A stretch of DNA of 64,000 nt from Takakia lepidozioides (Eukaryota > Plantae > Bryophyta), in the NCBI GenBank assembly GCA_030704615.1, contig CM060731.1:3038001-3102000 (forward strand), given 5' to 3'. Below are positions 49,691-63,200 of the stretch, piece after piece. Under the pieces are notes generated by a model that searched no databases, had not been told where the DNA came from, and saw only the letters and a list, made by a program, of their open reading frames with translations. A program made the translations under genes and the position numbers. Every line of letters begins with the position of its first letter. Within the stretch, counting starts at the first letter, position 1.

Positions 49691-52624
49691 CTAGGGTGTA
49701 TCTGGAGGAGTATTGCCTTTGGAGGATCTTTGGGGGGTCCCTTTGAGGAGCTTTTGTAAGACACTTGAAGAGCTCTTGAAGGGGTGTTTGGAGGACTGTT
49801 TGGAGGACTATTGGAGGTCTTTGAAGACCAATATTTGGCAAACATTTGGAGCCTTTGGAGGGCTATTTGGAGGACTATTTTGGGGTCCTTGGAGGCTAAT
49901 ATTTGGCGAGAGCCTTAGTGAGATTATTTGAGAGACCTTGGAAGGTAGTTCTGTTTGTTGGTCATGAGCAAGAGCGTTTAGAGATAGGGGGGGACTAGTG
50001 GGATGAGAGCATTCTGGGATTAGGAATTGCTTTAGTCTCTCTTCCCCGTAGTCTTCCACCCTTTATGTACGCCAAAACCTTTCCATAGGTGGAGGCAAGA
50101 GTCAGTCCGGGGTTGGGCTGGGGTGTCCTTGCAGGAGCGACACAATTGTGGAGTGTTTTTTTTGGTGTGGGGGAGTTACTGTCTTGATTTTCTTGTGTTT
50201 GGATCCCCCCCACACCTGCATGCTTGACTGTGCGCCATGTCAGTTTTGTGTGTTCGCCTGTTTTCATAGGAGGTTGGTCCAGATTTGATCACCGGCCAAT
50301 CCTAGAGCATGTTGTCGGTGGTGAGGCTGGGGTGATGACCAATCAGACCACCATTGTTTCTCTTATGGTGAGGCTGGGTTGATGACCAGCAGACCGTATG
50401 AGTGCTTGCGGTGGATGCATGTGCAGGTTTATGTTACGAACCTAGTAGTCTAAGCCATAAGCCGCAACAGGTTCTCTACCCGGTTACCTTGTGGAAAGGG
50501 GGGTTAGAGACAGGTTTACAACATGTGTGGTTGTGAGTTTTCATCACGGAGGTGCCACCAGTTGCTGAGGAGAGTGCCGGTACGAGCACCAGCGATACTA
50601 GTGGGTATACAAGACGAGGTGTGCGGTTTAGGCCACCTTCACCTTCAGTGCCTTCTGAGGAGGTTCAGACTCAGAGTTATGAGGATTCTCGCTGAGGGTG
50701 CAAGCCGTTTCCGTGCCATTGTTATGGGATACAATGGAGAAAATGTATGGAGCTACCAAGGGGCCACGTCGGTACTCCAGAGCTGTGGGCACCATCGAGC
50801 TTGATGATTTCATACAGGAGTTTGATAGTTGGTGTGATTTGCAGCAGATGCACAATCCACAACTGTTTACGCCTTTTATGGCATGGAAGGGGCTGTTTCA
50901 GCACCTTGAGGGGCCGCCCATGGATGACTACCATGAGTTTAGGCGGGGATATGAGGTGGAGATTGAGGAATGGCGGGTGTATTGGTCACCTGACTATGTC
51001 TCTATCACTAGAGGCACAAGGGTAGTGGTGACACCGGCAGCTACACTGGCAACTACTGCAAGCAGCAGTGGGACGTCAAGTGGAACAGGAGCTGGGAAGT
51101 CCACCCAAGCTCCTACTGCAGCACCAACACCCATGCCTGCCTTTAACCCAGTTGTGGAGTTCTTCGAGGAGTTGAGAAGAAACTACCAAGGGATAAGGAC
51201 AGAGAAGTTGCGGAGCTTGCAAGAGTTCCAACGAAGGTCTACTGAGAGTTTGAGGGAGGCTTACACTCGCATGAGACGCTTGATAAACGTAACCCAAAGG
51301 GTTACAAAAGCTCAAGCAATCCAGTTCTGGTATGGGATCCTGGACAAGGAGCTGAGGAGAAGGGTGCGGGATGCAACTCTCCTACAAGTGGACCAACCCA
51401 CCTTAGCAAATGTGTTTTTGCTAGCAGAGCGGATAGAGCTCAATATGGTGGAGGAGCAAGTGGTCATGGTGGGGTTTGGTAAGGAGACACAACGAAGTGG
51501 GGCTCCTGGCCAACAACAACCACTACCCCAACGTGCTCAAGGCAACAAGGGGGCTCAGACGAAGCCCAGGGAAGGGCCAAGATGATCTCAATTGCAGAGG
51601 TCACTTCCTTCATTCTCAGGCCAACAACAGTCGGGTGTGACATGTTGGGATTGTGGAGGACCCCATGTTAAGAGAGATTGCCCGGAGAGAGGCAAAGGGC
51701 CGGCACAGGCACAACCTACACAACTACAATGTGGGCATTTGTGGCAAGTATGGGCATGAAGAGGCCCATTGTTATGACTTGCATCCTGAGCTACGGCTAG
51801 GCAGCTCCAAGGGAACAATGGTGGGCGAGGATGAGGCAATGTAGTCCAGAGAGGTAGAGGAGGCAGAGGTCGTAACCAAAACCAAGGAGCACAGGGTCAA
51901 GGTCAAGGTCATGACCAAGGCATGGTGGATAGGCTTGCCCAGCTAGAGCAACGTCTTGCTACCATGGCCACTACTCATGTTGCGCCAGCTCCAAGGCCTG
52001 AGGTTCAAGCCCCATCTGCACAACCTCCTATGCCTAGGGAAGACCAGATTGGTATGGGCTTTATGTGTGGAGCCGCACTTACAGGACCATTGCATGTGGA
52101 CTCTGCAGCTGCTGGTCATCGAGCCGCAACGCGTGCTCTGAGCCAAGAGGAGCGAAGCAGATGTGGATTTTGATCCACAAAGAGGGGAAGCAAGTCGACG
52201 ACAAGGCTTCCACAGTCTTTTACATTGGCTGAGACAATGCCAACTACGCCATCGATGGTACCCGCTCGCCCAAGTGTGTCAGAGGTAGAGCCACGAGTGC
52301 AGAGTTGGTGTAGCCCGAGAAAAGCCAGTGGGTGGTGCTGCAAAGCAAGGTGCAACCAGTACATTGTTGGGGGCGGGTACGGCAATTTGCCAAGCTCCAT
52401 TGTTTTCTGCCACGATAATTGCAATGTCGGGATGCGGCCAGCTGCAGTGTTTAGACTGGCAGCTAGACTCTGTGAGAGTGGTGATGATCGGCACTATCTG
52501 CGGGGATAGCGGATCAGGTGCAGTGCATGGATGCCCTAGATTCAAGGGTGAAGACAGCCACAGCTGCGCCATGGCAAGCGGCGGCAGCTGCAAGGTTGCA
52601 AGAGTTGCCAGCTAGACCAGCATT

Positions 52625-53180
52625 GAGCGTAGTATGGGACTCCTGGGGTAGTCCTGGTGGACAATAGGATGGTGTGTTTCAGTTGGGTGGCACGGCCGGG
52701 AGGAGGTATAGGCCACTGCAGGCTTGGGTCTTACAGAGGCGGATTTGGAGCCTTGCCCTTTCCAAATTCAAACATCTTTGGGCGGTTCAGAGAAGGCACG
52801 AGGGATTACACGCCATGAGCTCTTCATGCGATTGCAGCCAGATCATCCTACAGATGGTCTGTAATGAGAGCTAAAGCCATTGTTACGGACGCGATGTCTT
52901 ATGATGAGCGTAGTATGGTGACTCCTGGGGTAGTCCTGGTGGACAATCAGATGTGTGTTTCAGTTGGTGCCCGGCCGAGGAGGTATAGGCCACTGCAGGC
53001 TTGGGTCTTACGAGGCGGATTTGGAGCCTTGCCCTTTCCAAATTCAAAACATCTTTGGGCGGTTCAGAGAAGCACGAGGGATTCACGCCATGAGCTCTTC
53101 ATTCGATTGCAGCCAGATCATCCTACAGAGGCTCTGTCATGAGAGCTAAAGCCATTGTTACGGACGCGATGTCTTATGAT
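52625..53180 (+). repeat. ~280-bp tandem duplication of the protease region
   Basis: GAGCGTAGTATGG...GTTACGGACGCGATGTCTTATGAT at ~52625-52905 and ~52906-53180. Confidence 0.9.
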
Positions 53181-53534
53181 GTACTTGTTGTGGGGCAGTG
53201 TTATACCCGATGGGCTTTACTTTGGACTTTGGGAGGAAACGGCATCCTATAGGCCGGAATGGCAGTCAAGGGATGGGCCGGCGTGCACTGCTCTCAGTGC
53301 GGTTTATTGGGAATGTAGCGTGGATCATATGAACATGATGCCCACATTGGCTGCATTCTCAGGGGTAGTGGCTGGGGTGGTGAGCTCTTGGAGGGAAATG
53401 CCATGTCAAATGATAGGCCACCACTGATGAGGATGAACAATTGCATACAAGGGGGGAGTTCAGTGACATCACCTGGACCTCCTCAGTTAGCTCCTTTGGA
53501 TACAGTGCCCATTACCTGGCAACCACCTGCCTCA

Positions 53535-54500
53535 GGGATTTGTTTGCTAGACCTGTTTGGAGGTATGAGCATTGGGCTTGCAGGAGTGTTGCAAGCTAGG
53601 ATTAAAGTACGCAAGTACTTGTATGTGGAGAAGGATGAGATAGCTTGGCGTATTTCTATGCGCCACATCGCCTTGCTCACACACCGGTATCCTGGATTGT
53701 TGCCTCTCTCAGCAATTCAAGGGTATCAAAAGGCCTTGCCATCAGACATTACCTTGCTGGGGGCGGATGATTTGGACCGGCATGGTGCCATTGACTTGGT
53801 GATAGCTGGATGGCCTTGCCAAAGACACTCTCCCGCAAGTCATGGGAACGGCTTGCATGATGCACGATCGCATTTGTGTTTTGGGAGATGTTGAGAGTGT
53901 TGCGTGACTTGCAGACGAGGCAAGTGCAACCTCTAGCCTATATCTTGGAGAATGTTCCTCTTATGAGGCACTCTCGGGCTAGGGTTATGGCCAGTGTGCA
54001 TCAGGTGTGGTCTTGGATTGGATCGGCGATGCTATTGGATGCAGCAACGGTGGGATCACGAACGTATCGACCTCGATTGTGGTGAACCAATCTTGCACCA
54101 CCAGAGCTGCTCAAGAGAGCATACGATTCCATTCAACGGCCACCCAATCTCACAGTTGAGGGCATTTTGGACCAAGGGAGGCAACCACAGAGGGTGCGAC
54201 ATGATGACCGTCCACCTCTAGCAGTGGTAAATCGAGTGGGGCAGCCACGTGCGGCGGCCTTGCCTACGCTCATGAGCTTTCCCTCGTCTCATGCTTTTCG
54301 AGACAATAGTCCTGGGTGATTTGGGACAGTGTGCTACAGCAATTGGTGGAGCCCAATGCAGATGAACGAGAGTGGGCAATGGGATTTGCCACGGGCACTA
54401 CAGCTGTGCCAGCTTTGTCAGAGGCATCACGCCGACATGTGTTGGGTCAAGCAATGGATCTAAATTGCTTGACATGGGTCATTGGCTTGTGCATGGCTGA
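53535..54500 (+). pseudogene. DNMT3-like C5 cytosine methyltransferase domain within pol (frameshifted)
   Basis: Motif I LDLFGG (53547); II VEKD; III SDI; IV GWPCQ (53808); LFWEMLRVL; VI ENV (53948); VIII RPRLW(stop)TN; ERE.AMGF..T; X RRHVLGQAMD. Confidence 0.9.
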
Positions 54501-57109
54501 GCAACGGAGGTTGCAGACAGTGGTGGCTACTTCTGCACTCCCATTGGTATTGTATCCCCTCTGCCAACCGGGGACGGTCGAGGCAGTGAGTGGGGGCGAA
54601 CACAGGATCATGGGGTGCCAACAACACCATGGCAGATGTGGGATGAGATGCGGAAAGAGAGAGTCCTTGGATCTCTCAAGCAGCAATATGAGGAGTGGGG
54701 GAGAGCCATACACTGAGGATCAGTTGGAGGCCAAGGTGGCCAATGTTTTTAAGAGGTTGAGAATGTTTCTTCCCCAGAGGATGTTCTCAAGTGGGTTATG
54801 GCAGAGCAAGTGGAGGCTACACCACAGTCAGATTGGGCGGACAAGGCCCAAGAGGTTGCTATCTAGCAACCAAAGGATTCGTCTCCTACCCCCAAGCCTA
54901 ATGTACCCAAGGTTGCAGTCACTGAGGACAATTGGGAACCAGATGTTGGACCTACAGTCACCGGAGGAGAGAGACGGAGTATTGATTTGTAAGTTGATTT
55001 GGCAAGTGACACGCCATCTTTCGAAGGCCCTAACGTTATAGTGACATGGAAGTCATTGATCCAGTACGGAATATGAGTTGCAAAGCTGATGTGGAGTTGT
55101 CAGGCGGGAGTAGCCTCGGCAACGCTGATACCAGCTAAGAAGGATATCTATGGCAATTGGACATAAAGAAGGATGTGTGCGGACTATCGTCCTGTGAACC
55201 GTCAGGGGGGGACTAAGTCCGAGATATGCCATGCCAACTCCAGAGGAAATCTTTGATGCCATTGGGCATGCAAAGGTGTTTAACACATTGTGACTTGCGA
55301 TACGGTTACCAACCAGTTGCCAATAAAAAGAGGCTGACAAGCAAAAGACGACATTCTGGGGGATTGACCAACATGGAAAAGATTGCTTGTACCAATGGCG
55401 CTTCCTACCGTTTGGGTTGAAGAATGCTCCTGCAAAGTTTCAGAGGGTTATGGATAGGATTCTAGTGGGGCTGACTTTGCCCGGTGTACATTGATGACAT
55501 CATCGTCTTAGTGCTACGGTTGAGGAGCATGAGAGACACCTTCAGGTGTGTTTGAGCGCTTGAGAGCGCATGGGTGAAATTGCAACCCTGGGAAGTGCAA
55601 GTTCTTCCACAACCAGATTGAGTATCTGGGCCACATGATATACCCTGGAGAATTGGGTGTTCAAAAGACGAAGTGGAGGCCATTGCACGCAGTCCACGCC
55701 CCATAGATGTTAGCAGAGTTCGTGCTTTCATGGGGTGGCAAACTACTATCGACGGTTTGTCAAGGGATTTAGCAGCATTGCAAAGGCTCTTCTAAGTGAC
55801 CAAGGTGGGTCAGGAGTGGCAGTGGAGGAGGAGCAGGAGGAGCCTTTGAGGAACTCAAGGCTCACTGACTTCTGCACCTAATCTGAGGCGGCCTATTCGG
55901 GGGGCGGCCTTTCCAGCTACATACGGATTGGAGTATACTGGGGATGGAGTAGTGCTCACACAGGTGGATGATGAGGGAGAGAGTCGTAGTGGCATTTGCT
56001 AGCCGCTCAAACAATGAGGCCGAGGCAAAGTATAGTTCTATGAAGGGGAGTGTCTAGCTGCGGTATGGGCAGTGGCACATTTCAGATGCTACCTCTATAA
56101 CAATCTCTTCACCTTGTCACGGATCACCGCCCCAGAAGTGGTTGATGGAGTCAGACAAGCTACATGGAAGCTTGCACGGTGGGCACTATGCTTCAAGAAT
56201 ACGACTTTCAGGTGGTGCATCGAGCCGGTATTGTCAATCGGGATGCAGATGGATTGAGTCGTAATCCATGCACGAGCGAGATGATGATACTGGAGCTCGT
56301 GGCATGGTGAGATGGATGAGGAGATGGTGCAGGATGCGCAGCATTGTCTTTTTGAGCATCCTAGCAATGGGAGCTCAAGCTGGTCCATCCATAACATTGG
56401 TCATGTAGATGGTGGGCATGACGATCCGGAGATCAGTGAGGGCTTGGTGGTGGAAGGATGTGCATGAAGATGCAGCAGTGTGGCCTACTTCGTACTAGAG
56501 AGACAACAGCCAGTGTGACTGCTAAGGAGAGAGATCGGATCCACAACGAGCCAAGAGGTTCAAGTGGGAGGGGACTCAGACTCCGAGTATATGAGGAGGA
56601 CGAGTGAGGATTGTGCCTCATCCAACACAACGAGACGATTGGTACGCCATGCCCATGAGGAGTTGGGACATTTGGGTGCGGCGCACTCATAGTTTGCTGC
56701 AAGGACAGTACTGGTGGCGGGGCATGCACACAGATGTGCAACAGTTAGTGGCAAGATGCGTGGTGTGTGATAGAGTGTGAGCTTCTTTCAATGCACCTAC
56801 TCAACCATTGCATCCTTTACCTATTATGGGTTTGGGCTATCATTGGAGTCTTGACTTCGCAGCGCATTGCCACTAACGATTCGCCCATAACAAGTATGTG
56901 CTGGTGATGGTGGAACATTTCTCCAAGTGGATTGAACTAGTGGCATTGCCTGACAAGACAAGTGAGGGGGCTGCGTATGCATTCTTAGATCGAGTACTTA
57001 GCCAATTTGGTGCTTCCGCCGAAGTACTCACAGACCAGGGGAGAGAGTTCTTGGGGGAGTTTCAGGCTTTGTGTAAGCAAGCCTTGATAGATCACCGCAC
57101 TACTTCTTG

Positions 57110-60100
57110 CACTACAAGAGATGAGCGTTTTTAGGACTACAGCTTTGGCGGAGTCATAAAAACTGCACTAGGTAGATGACTACAGAGCGCTAAAATGCAT
57201 TGCAGTCATAGTTTTATGACTTTGTAGTAATGGATATCACTACATGACTCCGGAAAGTTAGGGAGCATTGGTCAAACATTGTTGACCATGATGACATGGA
57301 TGGTTTATATGACTAGTGTGATATGTTTGACTACACGTGGACGACGTTTCATGGAATCTTATGACTCCATGACTGAAGATGGTTTCACAGCTCTATTTAT
57401 ACGACTACATCACTACACGTGTCATTTTGAAAGCACATATAATGCAAATAAGGTTGTCCATTAGGTTTAAAAAAGTTAAAAAAAGGCTAATAGGTTGCCC
57501 ATTAGGGTAATCGTGAACAGAAAAGAGGGGCTGGGACTTGCGTTTTTTTGTCTCCTGCGCCACACCACATAGCCAAGGGATGGAACGCGATGATAGAGGA
57601 TATGCAGGGGCGTGGGATGGAGGCGTTGAGCAAATGATGCACGAAGGAGAAGATGAGAAGGAGAGACGAGACGAGGAGAAGTGAGCTCGCCGTTCTTGGG
57701 AGGGTCAGCTTGGTCTTAGCATGCGTGTTCAATCTCCGACTACTCAGCTACGCCGTAGTGGTTCGATCTCACAGACCAATCCGACATTACCTGACTACAG
57801 ACACAAGCAGCCAACACAAGAGGTCCTTTAGGTGATGGTCAGTCAAATCCTCCATGGGTCAGGACAGGTCAAGGACAATGTGGTAGGGTACCTTCTTCTT
57901 CAACCTATTTCAGCCTTGTTGCCCTCTCATCAGACTCGGCCGCAAGATGCATATTGAATTTTGTAAGTTAGGTCGTTGGGTAGATCTGTGGTGGTTTGGA
58001 GTGACTTTGGCAAGTTACTGCCAGTGTGTGGCAGCATGAAGTATCCAAAAATATATAATAGAGGTGAGGAGAAGCTTTGGGGTGAACACTTTCCGACCCC
58101 AGTCAATGGTGGGACAATGGAGACAAAAAGGCGAATGCCTGTTGGACTACAGAGAGAAGCAGATGCATTTCAGATTGTGATAAGTAGGGTTGGGGTGTTT
58201 TGGGGAGAGAACTCCACACCAGTATGGTTGGGGTGTTTGCTGGTAGAATTCTAGGTTGTCACAGGCATGGATAGCTGAAGGAGCAGGGATAGTGTGGGTC
58301 CAGATTCATGAGGGCTGGATACAAGCTCCACATTAAATGATTCCCTGTGGAAGGATAGCTACAAGAAACCTACATGGGTAGATGGTCAACTGGAAGCGGC
58401 AGCAGCAGCGGCACAATTGATAAGGTCAGGCACGTCTACTGAAGGCACCTCCTTCAGCACATTTCACCCTGTTTTTCCCTCTTATCCATTTCTTACGAAC
58501 TGTCTTCTCTTATCTGTTTGTCTGCCCAGTCTTCAGTGAATGCGTCAAGGCTTTTGTGTTTTGGCTTCTTCCTCGTTTTTGTCACCCTCTCCCATGAATA
58601 TCTCTGGTTGGCGCTCAAACCCTGTTGAGCTGTAGATGTTGTCCATGCCAATGCATTCTTCTTCACCAAATCCATGTTTTTGCCCTAAATCCTTGATGTC
58701 TTGGCTGGATTTCTGCAGAATAGGCATCCCATCCCATCCCCTATTTTGGCCTTCTTTGCACTTTCCCGTGTCAACATGTTGATGTGGGGTGTTGTTGTAG
58801 TCTTATTGGAGTGTGATCACTTATATGGTATATCTCGTCCAACTCATCCAGTGCCTCCAGCTCATTATGAGTGAACTGACATGATACTTGTGCTATTGGT
58901 TGCATCATGTACTCCGTGCTTGGCAATGGGTAAGCTTCTCCTCCTTCCACGTACTCATTGATCACTGCAAAAGGTACTCCATACATCTTCCCTTGAGGTC
59001 CTGCCCATTTTTTGCTTCTGTGATTGTTTCAGCTTTGTTGAAAGTTTGCCAAGACCCATGTTGGGTTAGTGTGTGACGACTGTGTCTCATGTTATTACAG
59101 ATTTTAGACAGTGTTCTTTGTTTGGGCCTTCTAATGCCTTGTCTGATGGACTCAGGTTTATCAAAATCAACTTGTATCCACTCTGCTTCCATGTTGTTGT
59201 TGTCAGCAGCTTGTTCTTTTGCCAGCTGAACCCCGACAGGGCCTGGGTCTTCCCTTCTGCCCACATCAGAGCATTTCGCAATGTCTGTAGTTGCTTCATC
59301 CTTCCTCAACTCCGCCCTCTCTTTGGCAGGTTGTGCACCTTCACCACCTTTGTTGTTTTTTTATTTGCACATGGTATCTACTGCTTGCGTATCCTCATTG
59401 TAGTATTGAATATGCCCTGTAGGCATTGGCCTTACAAAGCCATTGTGCTCACTCTGGGTTTGGGTCATAGAACTTGGATGTCATTGTCAGCTGCTAGCAG
59501 CAAGGCGAGGATGTATGCATGATTTGTGCAGGGGCATGGATAGCTAAAGGAGCAGGGATAGATGTGTGGGTCCACATTCATCCAAGAGGGCCGGATTTCA
59601 AGCTCCATATTACCTATGATTCCCTGTGGAAGGATAGGTACAAGAAACCCGCATGGGTAGATGGTCAACTGGAAGCCACAGTAGCAGCGGCACAATTGAT
59701 CAAATCAGGCACTGTTAATCAAGGCACCTTCTTCAACACATTTCACCCTGTTTTTCCCTCTTGTCAAATCGGCCGTAAGTATTGCACTGTTTAACAGGGT
59801 CCTTGATTCTAGTAGCACCAGAACAAACTACTATTACAACAATTCAGCCCATGTGTGGGCTTGCTTATTTTTTGCTTACTGGACCTTTTCAGGCATGGAT
59901 TTTTGGACCTTGTGGCCTTGAGGTGTCCATTGGGACATTGGTCTCATTTGGATTTTTGTAATATAATTTACAGGGCGTGTATTTCCGTGTACTTGTTGTC
60001 GTGCGCATACATATCGCTACACAACTACATCGCTGTCCAAAACCACACAACATATGTGCACGCCACACACTAGTATATCACTAGTCTACCACTAGTCCAA

Positions 60101-60215
60101 CCACTAGTCCAACCACTAGGCTACAACTAGTCAGTCACTAGGCTGCCACTGTGCTGCCCACTATGGCAGTCACTAGTCCACACAATGATAAAGAAGAAGA
60201 ATACAAGCATAAGCT
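57110..60215. mobile_element. CACTA (En/Spm)-like element, left end only
   Basis: Integrase codons stop abruptly at CACTACAAGAG (57110), followed by repeated (T)GACTAC subterminal motifs to ~57420. Internal ~220-bp duplication (58263-58482 and 59533-59762); CACTAGT repeats at 60065-60180. No matching right TIR seen, so the extent is uncertain. Confidence 0.6.
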
Positions 60216-63200
60216 CACAAAGCTCCGAACCCTAGGACGATATCCTCCACCACGTATAGTGGCATACCTCAACGTATCACGGTGCTGTGCAATGGCAAGG
60301 TTCTCAAAAGCCATGGGCATGACTTTCTTGAACAACTCTACACGCTGATCACATGCACGTACCCACATGTCTGGATCGTCAAGGTTAAGGACTTGAGCAG
60401 TGTCCCTACGAATGGCTGCAGGCAAATCCGGCTCTCGGCCAAAGAGAATGAAATATGGTGAGAAGGAGGCAAGTGATGCTTGTTTGCTGAACCTGTAGCC
60501 CATGGCTAACCAATGAACCTGAAGATCCCAATCTCCTAGGTGTCCCTTCTGCAAGCCATACTTGCGCAAACCCCTCTTCACCGTCTGAACAACTCTCTCT
60601 GCTAAGCCATCGGCCTCAGGATGATCACGAGAAGTGGTGCGGTGGTCTATCAAGGCTTTATCACACAAAGCCTGAAACTCCCCCAAGAACTCTCTCCCTT
60701 GGTCCGTGAGTACCTCAGCTGGAGCACCAAATCGGCTAAGCACACGATCCAAGAATGCATACGCAGCCCCCTCACTAGCCTTGTCAGGCAATGGAACCAA
60801 CTCAATCCACTTGGAGAAGTGCTCCACCATCACCAACACATATCTGTGGTGGCGCATAGTAAGTGGCAACGGTCCTGCGAAGTCAAGACTCCACCTGTAG
60901 CCCAATCCCATGATTGGTAAAGGATGCAACTGTGGTGTAGGGGCGTTGAATGAAGCACGCACCCTGTCACACACCATGCACCTAGCCACGAACTATTGCA
61001 CCTCTGTATGCATACCACGCCACCAATACTGCCCCTGCAGTAAACTGTGAGTGCGTCGCACTCCAAAATGCCCCAACTCCTCATGGGCATGCCGCACTAA
61101 CCGTGCACGCTGTGTGGGGTGAGGCACAATCCTCACCCGACCATCCTCCCACACTCGAAGTAGGTGTATCCCCTCCCACTTGAACCTCTTGGCTCGTTGC
61201 AGGATCCGATCCCTCTCCTTGGCAGTCACAGTGGCTGCCGTGTCTCCCGTGCGGAGGTAGTCCAACACAGCCGAATCCTCATGTATATCTCTGGCACCAC
61301 CTGGCTCATCACTAGCCTCATGGTCCTCAGACACTCCGTCTACAGTCATCCCTGTTGTAGGTCCAACCTGACCTCCCAATGCCAAGATACACAAAAATGC
61401 AGATGCGTGCCATCCCGACACCATCTCCTCGTCCGTCTCACCATGCCACCGAGCTCCAGTGTCATCCTGCTGGCTCATGCATGGATTGCGACTCAATCCA
61501 CCACATCCCGATTGACCAAACCCGGTCGATGCACAACCTGAAAGTCATACTCCTCGAGTATGAGTGCCCACCGTGCAAGCTTCCCCGTAAGCTTGTCTGA
61601 CTCCATCAACCACTTGTTGGTGATCCGTGACAAGGGTGAAAAGATTGCCGTATAGATAGCACCTGAAGTGTGCCACGGCCCACACTGTAGCTAAGCACTC
61701 TCCCTCATATGAGCTGTACTTAGCCTCTGCGGCGTTGTTCGAGCGGCTAGCATAAGCCACTACGAACTCTCTTCCCTCATCATCCACTTGTGTGAGCACC
61801 GCTCCAAGCCCCAGCAAGCTCCAATCCGTATGCAGCTGAAAGGGACGCCCCCTGATAGGTCGTCTCAGGATAGGCGCCGAGGTCAACCTCGCCTTGAGCT
61901 CTTGAAAAGCTTGTTCCTGCTCATCTTCCCACTGCCACTCCTGGTCCACCTTGGTCAGCTTGGTTAGAGCCTTTGCAATGGTACTAAATCCCTTGACAAA
62001 CCGTCTATAATAGTTTGCCAACCCCATGAAAGCTCGAACTTGGCTCACATCCGTGGGGCGTGGAATTTGTGCAATGGCCTCTACCTTAGTCTGCTGTACC
62101 CCCAATCCTCCAGGATATATCATGTGACCCAGATACTCAATCTGGTGTGGAAAACTTGCACTTCCCGGATGCAACTTCAATCCGTGCGCTCTCAAGCGCT
62201 CCAATACCACTTGAAGGTGTCTCTCATGCTCCTCCATTGTAACACTAAAGATGATGATGTCATCTATGTAGCACCAAGCAAAGTCCACCCCTGCTAGAAT
62301 CCTATCCATGACTCTCTGAAACTCTGCCGCCACTAATATATGCAATCCTTGCCGTGCTCATTGATCCCCCAGAATGCCGTCTTCTGCTTGTCCGCCTCCT
62401 TGATTGGCAACTGGTGATATCCGGATCGTAAATCCAAAGTGCTAAAGGCCTTAGCATGCCCGATGGCATCAAAGATCTCCTCTGGTGTTGGCATGGCATA
62501 CTTATCGGACTTGGTCTGACGATTTACAGGCCGGTAATCACCGCACATACGTCTCTCCGTCCAATTGCCATAGACATCCTTCTTGGCTGGCATCACTGTG
62601 GCTGAAGCATACTCTCCACCAGAGAGCTCCACCAAACCTGCCTCCCAGAGATCTTGAGTCCTCATCTGAATCAAAGACCTCTCCATGTCACTGTATCTAT
62701 AGGGTCTCCGAAAGATTGGCGTGTCAGTGGCCAACTCAATACAGATCTCTTGACCCTTCAGTGCTCCCAAGTCCTTCAAACTGAAGGCAAAGCAATTCTT
62801 GTAAGCCCTCAGGAACCGCCATATACGTCGTCTCTCTCCTCCGGTGACAATGGGTCCAATGTCAGGCTCCCAATTGTCCTCCGTAACTGCAACCTTAAGT
62901 CCAGTGGGCTTAGAGGTAGAGGACGCGTCCAGTGGTTGCTATGTTGCAACCTCTTGAGCAGTACTCCCTGCCTGCTCAATCAATGACAAAGCCTCATCCT
63001 GCCCTATCATCTCATCCTTGAGGACCTCCTCAACCCGAGAAGAATCCCCAACCTCATCCATCACAGCCGCCTTGGCGGCCAACTCCCTCTGAACCTCGAG
63101 CACCTCCCACGTGTGCCATGGATGCATGCACCCCGTGGTCCTCACATGCTCGCCCCCACTCACTGCCTGTACCGTCTTGGTAGGCAGAGAGACCATCGAG

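Larger units (their letters stand above)
50520..57109 (+). mobile_element. Ty3/gypsy retrotransposon carrying a DNMT3-like methyltransferase, copy 1 (decayed; integrase cut by CACTA insertion)
   Basis: Gag (ORF 50698-51585, ESLREAYTRMRRL) with two knuckles, CWDCGGPHVKRDC and CGICGKYGHEEAHC; protease-like region ~52620-53330; DNMT ~53535-54500; RT (MCADYRPVN, FGLKNAP, YIDD) ~55050-55700; RNase H (LHTDWS); integrase (VEHFSKWIELVAL, LTDQGREF). Confidence 0.92.

Noticed and set aside
53535-54500. Host DNMT3/DRM gene or bacterial restriction-modification contaminant
   Set aside because: Intronless, collinear with gag/RT/IN, present at the same position in two element copies, and no restriction gene or bacterial context.
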